Below are positions 15,116 through 27,824 of a DNA stretch of 64,000 nucleotides, piece by piece; positions within the stretch are counted from its first letter, which is position 1; each line of letters begins with the position of its first letter. This stretch comes from Eledone cirrhosa. Taxonomy: Eukaryota. The stretch covers positions 80,910,001-80,974,000 of the forward strand of contig OZ024742.1 in the NCBI GenBank assembly GCA_964016885.1, written 5' to 3'. A program made the position numbers and the translations under genes. The notes beneath the pieces are model-generated. The model was not told the origin of the DNA. It was given only the letters and a program-made list of their open reading frames with translations, and ran no database searches.

Positions 15116-15731
15116 TTTCTTGATATATTTCTTTTTTCTTTTTTCTTTTTCTTTTCTTTTCTTTTTATTTCGAAGTTTATAGATACATCTATAAATAAGC
15201 AGTCTGCCCAAACAGTTGAATACTGACCTCTTCCCCCCCCTCCCACCTAATTTCTGTATCTTGATCTAAATGTGTGTGGCAGTGTTTATGTGAGTGAATT
15301 AATATCCATGTGCTTATGATAATATTATATCCACATATATATGTGTGTGGGGGTGTGTGTGTGTATGTATGTTCGTAATTATGTGTATGTTTATGCATAT
15401 ACGCGCGCGTGTGTGTGAGTGTATGGATATGTGTGAATATGAGAATATGTGTATACACTTATTTCATATTTATGTGTCTATACGCATTTTATCTGTGGAT
15501 TATAAACTTACAGAGACATTAGCCTTAAATTTTTTGTATTTGCATACATCTTTTTGGCATGCGTATGCATGTTGAGCATATATCTTTGTATAAAAATGTG
15601 TACGGGGTTAGTTACATGTATATACACACACCAAACTGCATAAAACTTTTTGTATTTTCATTGGTCAATTTTGAACTCCGTTCCGAAACGGACCTGAAAT
15701 TTTGAATCGTTGTTATTATCAATAAATATAT

Positions 15732-15886
15732 TTCATTATTTCTGAAGACGGCATATATCTGTGTTTGGTATGTATATTTAATCTTGATAGTTTGTATAAT
15801 TTTGTATAATTTTGTACATAGATCTGTTGAATATGCATGCCAATTCTAACACATATATATCCTAGAAACGATCGTTAAATAATGAA
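15732..15886 (+). ncRNA. Type I hammerhead with 116-nt stem II (3' pLTR copy)
   Basis: Same as 9608-9762 with one visible substitution in the arm. Confidence 0.75.
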
Positions 15887-15940
15887 CTTTTTTTGTTTAA
15901 TATAAGGAACTGTTTCATTGTTTTATTCATTATTTGTTTA

Positions 15941-16027
<87 letters not shown>

Positions 16028-17028
16028 ATATATATATAGTCCCTTTCGTCCTCGGTTGATTATCGATTTTGCTCCTAGAAACACTTCTTGTAAGGCACCA
16101 ACCCACTCATGTATGTTTTGTAGAAGATCAGCTGTTGCCCGCCATACAGCGTTTAGTTAATTATGTCCCAAATCATAATTCCAATGAAATGTTCAAAAGC
16201 TATGATCATGTCAAAGTTATGTCAGTATCGCTATCGTCGTTGACAAATCATCACTCGTTACGAAGCTAGAGTTAGGCTAATTCGCATACAGTGCGAACTC
16301 ATCTGGTGAGAGAAAGATAATTAGGTTACACACACATACACATGCATATGGTGTGATACGTAAAGTCTATCCCGTCATGTACTGAAAATGAAGTAATATT
16401 AAGAAAGTTTGAAGCTTTAATCGGGCAAAGAATGGATATATATATATACATGGATATATATATATATATATATATATACATAGTTTTATTTGCTTTACAT
16501 GAAGATGTAAGTGAGCGCATATTTTTGATTGTAGTATCTATTATACATATACGCTTGTATCTTCTTAAATGTAGACCATGTTGAGAAGATGGGGATTATT
16601 TAAAATGTATACTTAAGAATTCAAGTTCTAGCTCAGTGTTTTAGTAATCTGATTTTTTTCAAGTTTGGTTGATCTATACATATATATATAGCAAACTATT
16701 TTGTGCAGAATACTAAGACTTGTTTACAATTAGTATACGTTATTATTAAACGCAATACATACACATTACGTAAAGGAAGAAGAACGTTTAGATTGCCACA
16801 AACAACTGGCATTTGAATACAACATGGGCCGATTTATATCGTAGTCCCTCCAGAAGACGATAAACTCGAATATATTGAAAGGAATATGTTTTAACATGCT
16901 GGTAGTACTTCAAATGAAAATCAGATATAGTTACCACAGTACTTTAATTCAATTCTGCTTGATAAACGAAGGGGGATATATTCCAGAAGTCAATTAGATA
17001 TGTCAGTCCAGACTGACAGATATTTAAC

Positions 17029-17209
17029 TGTTTCTACTTAGGCACAAGGCCAGCAATTACCCAGTGCATTACTGGTACTTTATTTTATCGACCCCGTAAG
17101 GATGAAAGGCAATGTCAACCTCGGCAGGATTTGAACTCAGATCGTAAAGGGACGTAACTATGCTGGAAAGCATGGTGTCTGACCCTCTACCGATACTGCC
17201 AATCCACCC
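17029..17209 (-). mobile_element. tRNA-derived SINE (octopod-like, Meta-domain-like core)
   Basis: Minus strand B-box GAGTTCAAATCC, core gcctttcatccttacggggtcgataaaataaagtaccag, 3' ggccttgtgcctaagtagaaac; at least six further copies in the window. Confidence 0.85.
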
Positions 17210-17264
17210 AGATATTTGACGATATACAAATACAACTCCGTTAGTATCTGTATACAACAACTAC

Positions 17265-19430
17265 AACGTACGCGATGGGACCCACCCACAGCGCCGGCGG
17301 AGAGAATGGAGAAGGCGTTTCCCCGGAGGACGGCAGGGGAAACGCGCTGGAAAATCCACTCCAGCTGGCGGGGCTGACACCTACGGCTGGCCAGCTCAGC
17401 GCCTATGGTGGTGAGTAACGAGATAGCCCTGGGGCCAAGGACACCAGACGTCTCCACTGCCATGGGTACGACCGCAAACCTATCGGAGAGCGACCGGTAT
17501 TTGAAGAGTTTAGCCCCCTCAGCTCGACGTGCAGCAGAATCTGGGTCAGTTGCGGACTGCACCAGCTTGCGGCTGCAGAAAGTGTCGGTGTAAGTGGCAT
17601 CCCAGACGAAGCGTTTGACACGCGGAACGGGAAGATGGTCATGCCATCTGGCCTTTTGCCGTCTCCTCGATCCAGCCCCACCGGCTCGATCTGGGAAGGG
17701 AAGACTGCAGCGTCCAAGCCATGCTTAATGACTTCGTTGAGGGCAGCATGGCGTGGAATGCGGCCGGCACTGTGGCAACGGGAATGCGGGTGGAGGACGA
17801 AAAAGTCCACGGTGGAACCGCAACGACATTGGTCTGGCTGGCATATCCGGAAGCCGAGCCTCAAGGAAACGCCGATGGGCAGGCTATGGTTGTCTAATTG
17901 CGTGCCAGTGGAGAAGGAGGGCAGGGCATGGAGCCAGGCACCACTGTGGGGTTTAGAGGCCGCACGAAATCAAGCAAGGTAGTGCTGGTCGAGCTAGTGC
18001 GTGAGTCTGTCTGAGGCCAGGCTGCACTGGATGGCATCCCAAGTGCGTCGGGGGGTCTTGACGTCAACTGGGGGAGAAGGAGGAGGGACCTCTATTGGCC
18101 TAAGTCCCAGCCGGTCCGACGTCTCACAGGCGGTCCCACGTATCACGTTCTCTGAACACAGAGGGTTCTGTTGTGTTTAGAAGAATCCTGCTGACGAGGA
18201 CGCAGCACAAGGTTACCGACAAAAGGTACGCCGGCAAAGCCAGTGAAATCGGGAACCGGAGGCCAGGTCCCCCATACCTGAGAGGTAAAATGGACTGTTG
18301 CCACGCTATGTTGTCAAACTTGACGTTGCATATCTCGTCCGCTGCTGCTCGGATACAAGTATCGAGGTCAGCGTGGAAAGATGTCTGGGTGTAGAACCGA
18401 GCACTGCGGAGTGTATAGAGGAGCTTCGGCATGGCGAAGCAGTTCCTCAGCAGAAAAACAGCTTGGAGGCCGTCAATCAAGCACAGTCGGCTCGTGAGAC
18501 TCTGGAGCTGTTGAAGCCTGGACCTGATGATGGAGCGGATGGCCGGCGGGTGGATCGGTACCCGAGGATTAGGACATCCTCTTTGGCGTTCACCTGAACC
18601 TGGCGGAGAATGGACCCCACGTCCAAGACGGAAGCTGCAAATCACGCAGCATCGAGGCTGACATTCACCACCTCTGACTCGGCCGAGTTGACCTGGAGGC
18701 CGATTACCGCCAGGGCAGGAACCACCGATTGACAGTCATGGCAGACCGTCCGTACGGGCCCGCCCAACGTAGCATCATCTTTATACCAAATGTTGAGAGG
18801 GGCCGTGATACTCCGGGCGATGTGGTCAATAGCAAGGGCGAATAACGGGTCGCCCTGTTGGACCCCAGTAGCCGAGGGTATGACTGTATCAGCAGCAAGG
18901 AGCATGCTCGGGGCTCCATATGACAGGTAGGCCAGCGGATAGGCAGAAGGGGGCTCGGCTGAGGCAGGCCTCGAGCAGATGATCCCGGCGTAAAGAGTTG
19001 AGGCATTCCTCATGTCAAGCTTGACAATGAGGTGCCTGGAGTCCCTGGATGCCGGTTCCGATTGGCAACTGTTGAAGAACTGCCTGGTTGCATGAGCCGC
19101 CCCCTCACAGCAACTGGACACGCCGAACCCAGTTGCACCGGACTAAACTCCTCACCCAGTTCTTGTGTTAGGACACTTGCAGATCACTTTGGCAGCCAGC
19201 CTCCGGAAGATATTGCCCACAGCAATGGAGAGTATGCCAGCCCCTTTCTTCCTGAGAGCGGTGAGGCTGGCCGAAAAAAAGGAGGCCTCGGGCGTAAGAG
19301 TCCAGGGCACCATGATTTAGCCTATTGGTGAGCGCCACAATTGCACTCAGAAGGCGGCACCCGGCCTCAGCGGAGAGGGGATTTGTCAACTCCCTGAGGT
19401 AGCCTGGTCGGAGACCATCAACACCTCCGC
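17265..19430 (-). mobile_element. Decayed CRE-like non-LTR retrotransposon (RT + restriction-like endonuclease)
   Basis: GGVDGLRP, KLDMRNA, TGVQQGDPLF, WYKDDATLGG, LPLRYGGPGL, CRCG...RHAALN, GKRPDG, AVETSG, RGNA; multiple frameshifts; GC-rich. Confidence 0.85.
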
Positions 19431-19653
19431 AGTTATCTGTGTGTTTTCCTGATAAAACAACGCTTACGTAATAAGATAATAGTATTATATCCGACTTTGT
19501 TTTAAAAACATACAGTAACAAGCCATAAATTGCATATATGATGTTACTCTAATGACATTAATCAAGACCAGAATTATACATCTAGACTTTTATGTTACTT
19601 TCTCAATATGAACTAAATTTTAGCAGTAACAATACTATTATTTATATTTACTA

Positions 19654-19838
19654 GGGCAGTGGATCGGTAGTATCGCTAGAGAGTCGGACACTATGATTTG
19701 TAGCATCGAGTTACGGTCCTTTACAGTTTGAGTTCAAATCCTTATGGGGTCAATAAAATAAAGCACCAGTAATGCACTGGCGTCTATATAATCGACTTTC
19801 CCAAAAATTGCTGGCCTTGTGCCTATATAAGAAACTAT
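19654..19838 (+). mobile_element. SINE copy with internal deletion
   Basis: gagttcaaatcc...ggggtcaataaaataaagcaccagtaatgcactgg...gctggccttgtgcc. Confidence 0.8.
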
Positions 19839-20902
19839 TATATACCTTTATAAAAACATCTAGGTTGGTAGACTGTATAAACTATTCTAGATAAGTTCAT
19901 AAGTTCATAATATGTATTATACAGAGACGCACACAAACAACTTTAAATAAAGTCGATTGTTATAAATAGTTTACAACATTACATAAACACTCTTTATACG
20001 GGAAAATGTATTGTAGATAACATTTTGCTCAAGATATAAATGATATGTTTTTATTTTTGTCTCTTTTTTTTCGCAAAATAACTAGCTGCGGTTTAACTAT
20101 TTGATGCTAACCGATTTAAATATTATATTCATATAACTATACCTTAATTATCAAAGATTATTATCCCCATATTAGTGAATTTCTTTAATTCAAATGCGTC
20201 ACTCGTTACATCAAGTATAAATCGCAACCGAATATGAGTTGTTAGTGTTTAGCATGCTTCAGCTAAAGCTTTTCATGTCCAAGCAATCACGAGCAGCCAT
20301 GCTGCACTGGAACGTATGGTTGAAACCTTCTTTATCGAAGTCAATAACTGCAAATGACCCCGGCAAGATTTGAACTCTTGAAACATATGCAAAGGGCAAG
20401 TATCCAATATTTTGACGACACTCCCAAATCGGCCGTATTAAAACACATCATAGTGTAGAAATAATTTTGCAAGCAAGAATAACATTTAAAATCCTCCTCA
20501 CCATCCTCTGTTTGAATAATAAGCTGGAGTGTCATATGGTGATCTTATATGTATTAGCTATTCAGCTAATCGAAATTATAAATATTTTATCACTTCTAAC
20601 CTTAATTCTATTTCCATATGCATATGTATTGGAAGATGGATATTCTGAAACAGCGTGGGTTCACGCAAACGGCCCTGTTTTTGCAAAAATATAACAAAAA
20701 TAATCTGGAATCTATTCTAAAGCAATAAGATTTCGTTAAACAGAAGACACCTATGATAATGTACTACAAGCGAATGTTTTTAAAACTTATATCAGATATA
20801 TTCCAAACTGACTGTGTCCAAATATATTGCAAACATACACATTACCGAAAAACAAACACCGAAAACTTTCGCATTGTAATATATAAGCATATTTTAACTT
20901 AC

Positions 20903-21047
20903 CATATTTTCTGGCTGTCTATCGATCTGAAGATGACGTTGCTCTACTTCTTTAAATATATAGACCACACCCCACATGAGAATGCATGTGCTAAGATCCA
21001 GAGAAACGACATCTATTGATGGAAAAAACCCAGGTTGTCGCTTTTGG
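20903..21047 (-). CDS. Candidate host-gene exon (145 nt, phase 2 to 0)
   Basis: tttctaaatttattcag acceptor; open QKRQPGFFPSIDVVSLDLSTCILMWGVVYIFKEVEQRHLQIDRQPENM; ATG|GTAAGT donor; phase matches exon 38747-38791. Confidence 0.5.
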
Positions 21048-21235
21048 CTGAATAAATTTAGAAATCATGATAAGCTGCCCGTCCATTACCATATGGGATG
21101 ATGCATGTTACTATCTTCTTACTTAAATAAATGTATGAATATACTGTGAAAGCGAAATATACTGAAAAATCGAAATATTGAAATATGTATCATCTCCCCC
21201 TCACTCCCTCCTCTCTCTCACACACAAACTCACAC

Positions 21236-21323
<88 letters not shown>

Positions 21324-21544
21324 TGGCAACAACAGTAAGATAACCTTAATGAAAGCACATATGATATATTTATATACAAGAAACATATATAAGCCTCACT
21401 TAACACGTCGTACTAGTAGTTGAGAAAGCCAGAAAACGTTGAAGTAATATCCATATATCTCTCATCAGTAACATTCACTGCAACTCTACTTGTAGTGATA
21501 GGGAAATAGACTAGCTTCTATACAGACTTTGCGTGATGAATATT

Positions 21545-21760
21545 TGCAAGTGTTTAGAATGTCTCAGGTATGAATCGCTGGACAGATTTTACGTACAAAA
21601 CCAGGAGACCCAGGGGTATACCGCCAGTAAGATGTTTGGATAACATTTATAACCTTTGCTGGTCTCACTTCGGGATCCACCGGGATCAGATGGAGAGAGT
21701 TGTTTCCGATACGACCCGCCGGAATTAGTGTTTGGCCACAAGACCCTCTTAGGAATAAGT
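21545..21760 (+). mobile_element. 3' end fragment of RTE-like LINE
   Basis: Resembles the reverse complement of 61090-61290 (caagacc...ggaataagtg). Confidence 0.55.
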
Positions 21761-23198
21761 GTGTGTGTGTGGGGGGGTGTATTTAATTAAATATTTACTT
21801 TCACTCCAATACATGTAGTCGTTACAAATGTAGTACATACTTAAAGAAGAAGAAGAAGAAGAAGAAGAAGAAGAAGATCATGATGATGAAGATTTGCTGT
21901 AGATGCCCATTTGTATTGAAAAACATACTTTTCGCAGAAAAAGATATTCTTCGTTGACATGGAGAGCCCGTTATCGTCATTGTTTATAAGCATATAGTAT
22001 ATGCTTTCATAGACATCCATGTTACTCTTATCGCTGTCATATTGCTGCTACCATTGAATAACAACTAGCCTAGTTCTCACTATATGCAAATAAGCATATC
22101 TAGTCGTTGCTTTTTCTTTACACATGTGCCTAATCGACAAAGGTTAATCTCACAAAATCTAAATATACACTAGTCAATTCCCAAGCAATAACCGTTTAAG
22201 TGTATTTTATTGCTGTGAGATTAACGAATTTTGAAACAACGCTATCAGGCATTCTCGACTTGTATTGTCGTATCTCTAACGAGTTCCCAGAGCAACAACA
22301 GATAAATAAACATTTTTCGAGAATAAAAATACTTTCTCATTTGAAAGCAATGCTCCCATTTGTATATTGTATATACAAATATAGAATATGCTTTCATATA
22401 CTCGTTGTTATGCACAACGCTGTCTTAAAGTCGCTGCCAATTAATTATTACCTGCCAAGTTGCCGGTACATACAAATGAGCATTTCCAGCCGATTATGTA
22501 TATTTACTAGGTGCACACGAATATCAGGTGCACAGCTTCATCATGCAATATCTACATATTCACTAGTCTTTTTGCATCTAAGAGGGATGGGGTGTCACAG
22601 ATGAGAGCTTCACAAGTCTTGAAAGATCTCGCTCGAATTACCAACGGCTATTTTAATATTTGTGACGTTTGCACAGCTAAAAAAGTGAGAAAAATATTAT
22701 TGTAGCACAGGAAATATTTTTTGAAAGCGAGGCTCCTATATATTTGTTGTATAGTATATACTTTCATGGATACCACACATATTAGAAATACACACGCAAC
22801 CTCATATGTGTATATATATATATGTTTTATTTATTTATTGATTATATATATATTTATATGTGTTTCTGAGGGTGGATGTGCGTGTGTATGGGGGGGAGGT
22901 TAGTTACGTTTGTCCATGAGTGGGGGTGGCGATATTTCTATATCTAGGGATATAAGGTATGTTTACAAATAAAAATGTGGAAAACCTTTAGCCATACAGT
23001 TTGGAAGCAGTTGACTAGAGCCATCGTGTTATTATTCCCATAAACATAGCGGTATGCTCTCATATTCGCATATTTATACGAAAAAAGTTCAACAAAACCC
23101 ACCATCAAATACATATATAAACAAAGAAATGAATTGATCATTATAACTAACAGAAAATACATAACTGCACCTACATACATGCATACACCCCACTCAAA

Positions 23199-23247
<49 letters not shown>

Positions 23248-23260
23248 GCATATGTCACTA

Positions 23261-23296
<36 letters not shown>

Positions 23297-23444
23297 TAGA
23301 GACACATACATAAACATATGTATACAGCACATACATATATCGCTTATATACTCCCATAAAACCTCTTAAGCACACAATTACAAAGATACAGACGGACCAA
23401 AATAGATACACACACACACACATATATATATATTTATATATAGA

Positions 23445-23558
<114 letters not shown>

Positions 23559-23569
23559 TATATATATAT

Positions 23570-23651
23570 ATCGTTTCTGAATTTGTTTAGCAAGATTCTT
23601 TATCTGAAATCGTGTGTTGAAACCGATATTGTTATAGTTTGGGAGGGTCAT
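23570..23651. repeat. Dispersed repeat fragment between (TA)n tracts
   Basis: Reverse-complement match to ~62900-62975. Confidence 0.75.
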
Positions 23652-23677
23652 TTAATAACAAACAAAAGCGTAACCCA

Positions 23678-23767
<90 letters not shown>

Positions 23768-24006
23768 TTATATATATGTATATATGTATATATATATATA
23801 TATACATATATATGCGAATGCATGTATATATATATAGAGAGAGATACATGCATTCGTACAATTACATGCATAAAAACGGAAAAGAATAAAACAAATATAT
23901 AGACAAATAAATAAGAATATATTAGCACACATACACCAAACATATATAAATATATATATACTTATATATATATGAACATGGATGAACTTGCGTAAACATA
24001 TATGCA

Positions 24007-24039
<33 letters not shown>

Positions 24040-24043
<4 letters not shown>

Positions 24044-24827
24044 GGAAAAAAATGAAACGATATTTCATTTCCCACTCTTAGTACGGCTGTTATTTAAATA
24101 TAAGTATGCACACGTACATACAAATATGTATACAGACCTACAGTAGTATGTATATATATATACATACATGCATACATATATATATATGTACGTATGGATT
24201 CACCGAACATTTACTACAATACTCGATGGTTGCTGGACACTACGGGTTAATACGAGATGTTTGTTTACAAACACACCGAGCATTATAATAAATGTTCGGT
24301 GAATCCATACGTACATATATATGTATGTGCATGTATGTATATATATATATACATACTACTGTACGTATGTATACATATATGTATGTACATGTACATACTT
24401 ATATTTAAGTAACAGCCGTACTAAGAGTGGGAAATGAAATTTCGTTTCATTTTTTCCGTTTATCTTTTTCGGTGCAGCCGGCCGATTAACCCATTCGATA
24501 TGCAAATTGGGCTACTCAGCCGTTAATATGCATAAGGTAAATATATACGTTCAACAATCTGGCAGGTAGGTATACGTTGCTGACGATAGCTAATACGCTT
24601 GAAACTAGCACAGCGTTCCTTTGTCAGTGTTGAACAAACGAGCAACGATAGTTGCTGGACACTACGGCTTAATACGGGATGTCTGTTTACAAACAGACCG
24701 AGCCCTATAATAAATGTTCTCTGAATCCATACGTACATATATATATGTGTGCATGTATGTATATATATATATATACATACTACTCTACGTCTGTATACAT
24801 ATATGTATGTACGTGTACATACTTATA
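24040..24827 (+). mobile_element. Retrozyme-like element, copy 2: ~1.4 tandem units of a 422-nt monomer plus 5' inverted segment
   Basis: gat.gttgctggacactacgg at 24225 and 24647; 24040-24212 is the reverse complement of ~24290-24462; HHR at 24574-24616 (triplet mutated to GCA). Confidence 0.82.
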
Positions 24828-24920
24828 AATATATATATATATAGCGAATGAAAAGTGGTAAGGAACCAGGTGGACCATAACGCACCAAACTACTCAATAC
24901 TTAAGGTAGTAGAGTGGGTA

Positions 24921-25031
24921 ATAGGAGTAAGTAAGACCCCGACGGCTGAGCTCAAGCCGTTTCGACGGCTAATTCTGTACAGAATTAGCCGTCGAAACGG
25001 CTTGAGCTCAGCCGTCGGGGTCTTACTTACT

Positions 25032-25036
<5 letters not shown>
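24921..25036. repeat. Perfect 116-bp loopless palindrome (pLTR-end inversion)
   Basis: Arms exactly complementary about tgt|aca at 24978/24979; sequence related to 46061-46380. Confidence 0.95.
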
Positions 25037-25065
<29 letters not shown>

Positions 25066-25194
25066 AAGGTTTTATTTAAAATGGTTGGGTTACAACAAGT
25101 AAATATTTTATAACTGATATAAAGCACTCGACAAGTTTTTGGAGTATATATGCGATATTAAACAATTGGAAACTATATTCATAAAACGATATTA

Positions 25195-25259
25195 ATTTCA
25201 TTATACATATTTCAGGGATACCATATTAAAAATATAGCATGCCTTCGTCAGATAAAATA
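25195..25259 (-). ncRNA. Type I hammerhead, intact core, 31-nt stem II hairpin
   Basis: tattttat-CTGACGA-AGGcATGCTATATT ttt AATATGGTATcCCT-GAAA-TATGTA-TA-atgaaat. Confidence 0.8.
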
Positions 25260-27181
25260 CAATATATAAACAGTTTTATAAATAATTTTGACGTACCATA
25301 TTATAAACGACCATTAAATTAGGAAGCTGTCTGGGTAGTGATTTGTTTATAATTATTTAGTTATAGTGTTAAGCACAGTTAGAAAAAAGACGCAGAGAAA
25401 CGGAGCTAAAGAAAAAACAGAGACATAGAGGGGAGAGAAAGAAAGGAGGAGGTGAAAAGGAACAAGGAAGAAATAAGAGAGCGCAAACGAGAGCAACATA
25501 TAAATAATAATTCACCATACATATAGAAAAACTCAAGAGAGAGGGAGTACTATATATATAGAGAGAAGGATAATAATTATTTAGTTATAGTGTTAAGCAC
25601 AGTTAGAAAAACGACGGAGAGAAAGAAAAAAACTGGAGATAAAGAAAAAGAAAAAACGGAGAGAGAGAGAGGGGGGGAGGAAAGGAAGAGAGAGAAAAGA
25701 TATAAATTCAAATATATAGGAGGAAGTGAAAGAGAAACAAGAGAGAAATAGGAGAGGCAAATGAAAGCGATAGATACATAATAATTCATCATACACAAAG
25801 ACAAACTCAAGAGAGAGGAGAAAGTGCTATATAGAGAGAGAAGGATATAGTTAATCTTTCCGTCATGTCATATCAATTTGAATTATCAATTCATATGAAA
25901 TGGATAATAAGAATGCAAATATCAATATTCATGAATGAGATATAGATATATAATATGAGAAAATAACATTGTTCAATAATGACCATATGTTTAGTTTAAA
26001 ACTCTGAGGTCAATATACCAAAATCTGAGATAAAACCTTCAAAAAATTACCCTATTTATAAAAATACGGAAATATATATGTATATATATATATACACGTA
26101 TATGTACTTTCTGAAAAAAAGAAAAAAGAGAAAATTATGTCTAACTCTAGTCAATAATATAGACATACACATGACTTCACCTGATCAACTTTATAATTTC
26201 TTGTGTCATACAAAAAATTTCTTGTGTTATAAAAATTTCACTGTATATATATACTTAAATATACGATTAATATTCAATGTTCTCACATATATGATTACCG
26301 TTTATGTATTTAATATTATGCATATCTGTAACATATACAAAACCATACCTATTTATATATATATATATGTATATATAAAATATGCGTGAGTTTTCCAGCA
26401 TCTCTACGCACATATACAGACATATGAACACATAAAATAAACTCTATAAACCTTCTATATGCATGTTAATACACATATGGCCTTTGTATAGAGATAATTA
26501 AATATCAATATATCAGCACAGAAACATCAAAACATTAAAATACTTTCAACACATAATAGAGTATCTCAGGCCAAAAACAATATGCTTCATATGTTTACTA
26601 CAGAAATTACCCTTCCCATATTTCAAACAATATATTGCAAAGTTAGTTATAAGCTATCAGAGTCAAATAACAAATATAAACCAAAAATTATTTAACAAAA
26701 ATTATTTAAAAGATTTAGAAGACCCAGTGATTCTACGGATGCCCTTATATTTAGTATAGAAATTTATCTTGCGTAAAATTTATTTAATACATTGGCAGCA
26801 TATACACTTTAAAGTAGTTTATTACATCTTTGTTTATATTTAGGAAGAAGGTTTAAAAAGAAAAAGGTGAAGGAATCAAATGATTTATCGTCAGGTTTCA
26901 TATATTAACTAAATTACTTAATTAATTATACTACATTTTAAATTTATATTTATATTTAAACGTTGAGTTCAATCTATGTCTGCAGCAACTGAATAAATTG
27001 CTCCTTAAATTAAGGGAATTTTTGGACTTTAATATAAAGAATACCTCCTCCGTTTTTTCTAACTGTGCTTAACACTATAACTAAATAATTATAAACAAAT
27101 CACTACCCAGACAGCTTCCTAATTTAATGGTCGCTTATAATATGGTACGTCAACATTATTTATAAAACTGTTTATATATTG

Positions 27182-27247
27182 TATTTTATGTGAAGAAGGC
27201 ATGCCATATTTTTAATATGGTATCCCTGAAATACGTATAATGAAATA
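27182..27247 (+). ncRNA. Hammerhead copy in inverted pLTR, C3G mutation
   Basis: GTGAAGA core; palindromic stem III ATACGTAT. Confidence 0.6.
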
Positions 27248-27298
27248 AATATGGTTTTATAAATATATTGTCCATTTGTTTAATATCGTATATATATA

Positions 27299-27398
<100 letters not shown>

Positions 27399-27410
27399 CA
27401 TATATATACA

Positions 27411-27501
<91 letters not shown>

Positions 27502-27824
27502 CTGCACGCATATACGGATATATATATAAACGCACACACACACACACACACCCATACCGAAATATATACGTACGTATACATGCATACATACATACAGGTA
27601 GATACACGCAATTATATACGTGCAATTTTATGTGTAATATTCATAAAATAAAATACTTTTGCGTGCAAAATATAATTATACACACTCAATGTCCAAAATA
27701 ATAATATGTGTTCAGGGCGCATTCATATAAGTGCACGTCTACATTAAATGGTCACACTTATACACAATATGTACATAAAATAAACGGATAGTAGATATAT
27801 ACATGTATGCAGGCAAAAATGTAT

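Larger units (their letters stand above)
8788..15948 (+). mobile_element. Full-length Penelope-like element (Nematis-like family A) with direct pLTRs and 5' inversion
   Basis: Direct repeat ~9040-9825 / ~15168-15948; 8788-9040 is the reverse complement of ~9707-9961; long ORF; (TA)n on both flanks. Confidence 0.95.
25062..27290 (-). mobile_element. 5'-truncated PLE (family E): ORF C-terminus, ~1.9 kb 3' UTR and inverted pLTR
   Basis: 27050-26931 reads EEVFFILKSKNSLNLRSNLFSCCRHRLNSTFKYKYKFKM* (LN.RS....CRH motif); 27053-27290 inverts ~25150-25388; homologous to 44490-46000. Confidence 0.85.

Noticed and set aside
13618-15246. Numerous 100-230 aa ORFs rich in Y/I/C/V/H/T (also 23378-23943, 27186-27701, 57508-58507, 62542-63156)
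   Set aside because: Translations of TA/TG/CA microsatellites that lack stop codons.
17100-17209. SINE head with B-box as a tRNA gene
   Set aside because: No full cloverleaf; it is part of a multi-copy SINE.
20260-20560. Protein-like minus-strand frames (LIHIRSPYDTPAYYSNRG; LIRPIWECRQNIGYLPF...) as further exons
   Set aside because: Frames are interrupted by stops and lack a convincing acceptor/donor pair.
20919-21022. CTGAAGA...GAAACGACATC with complementary flanks as a + strand hammerhead
   Set aside because: No stem II pairing and the cleavage register is off; better explained as a minus-strand exon.
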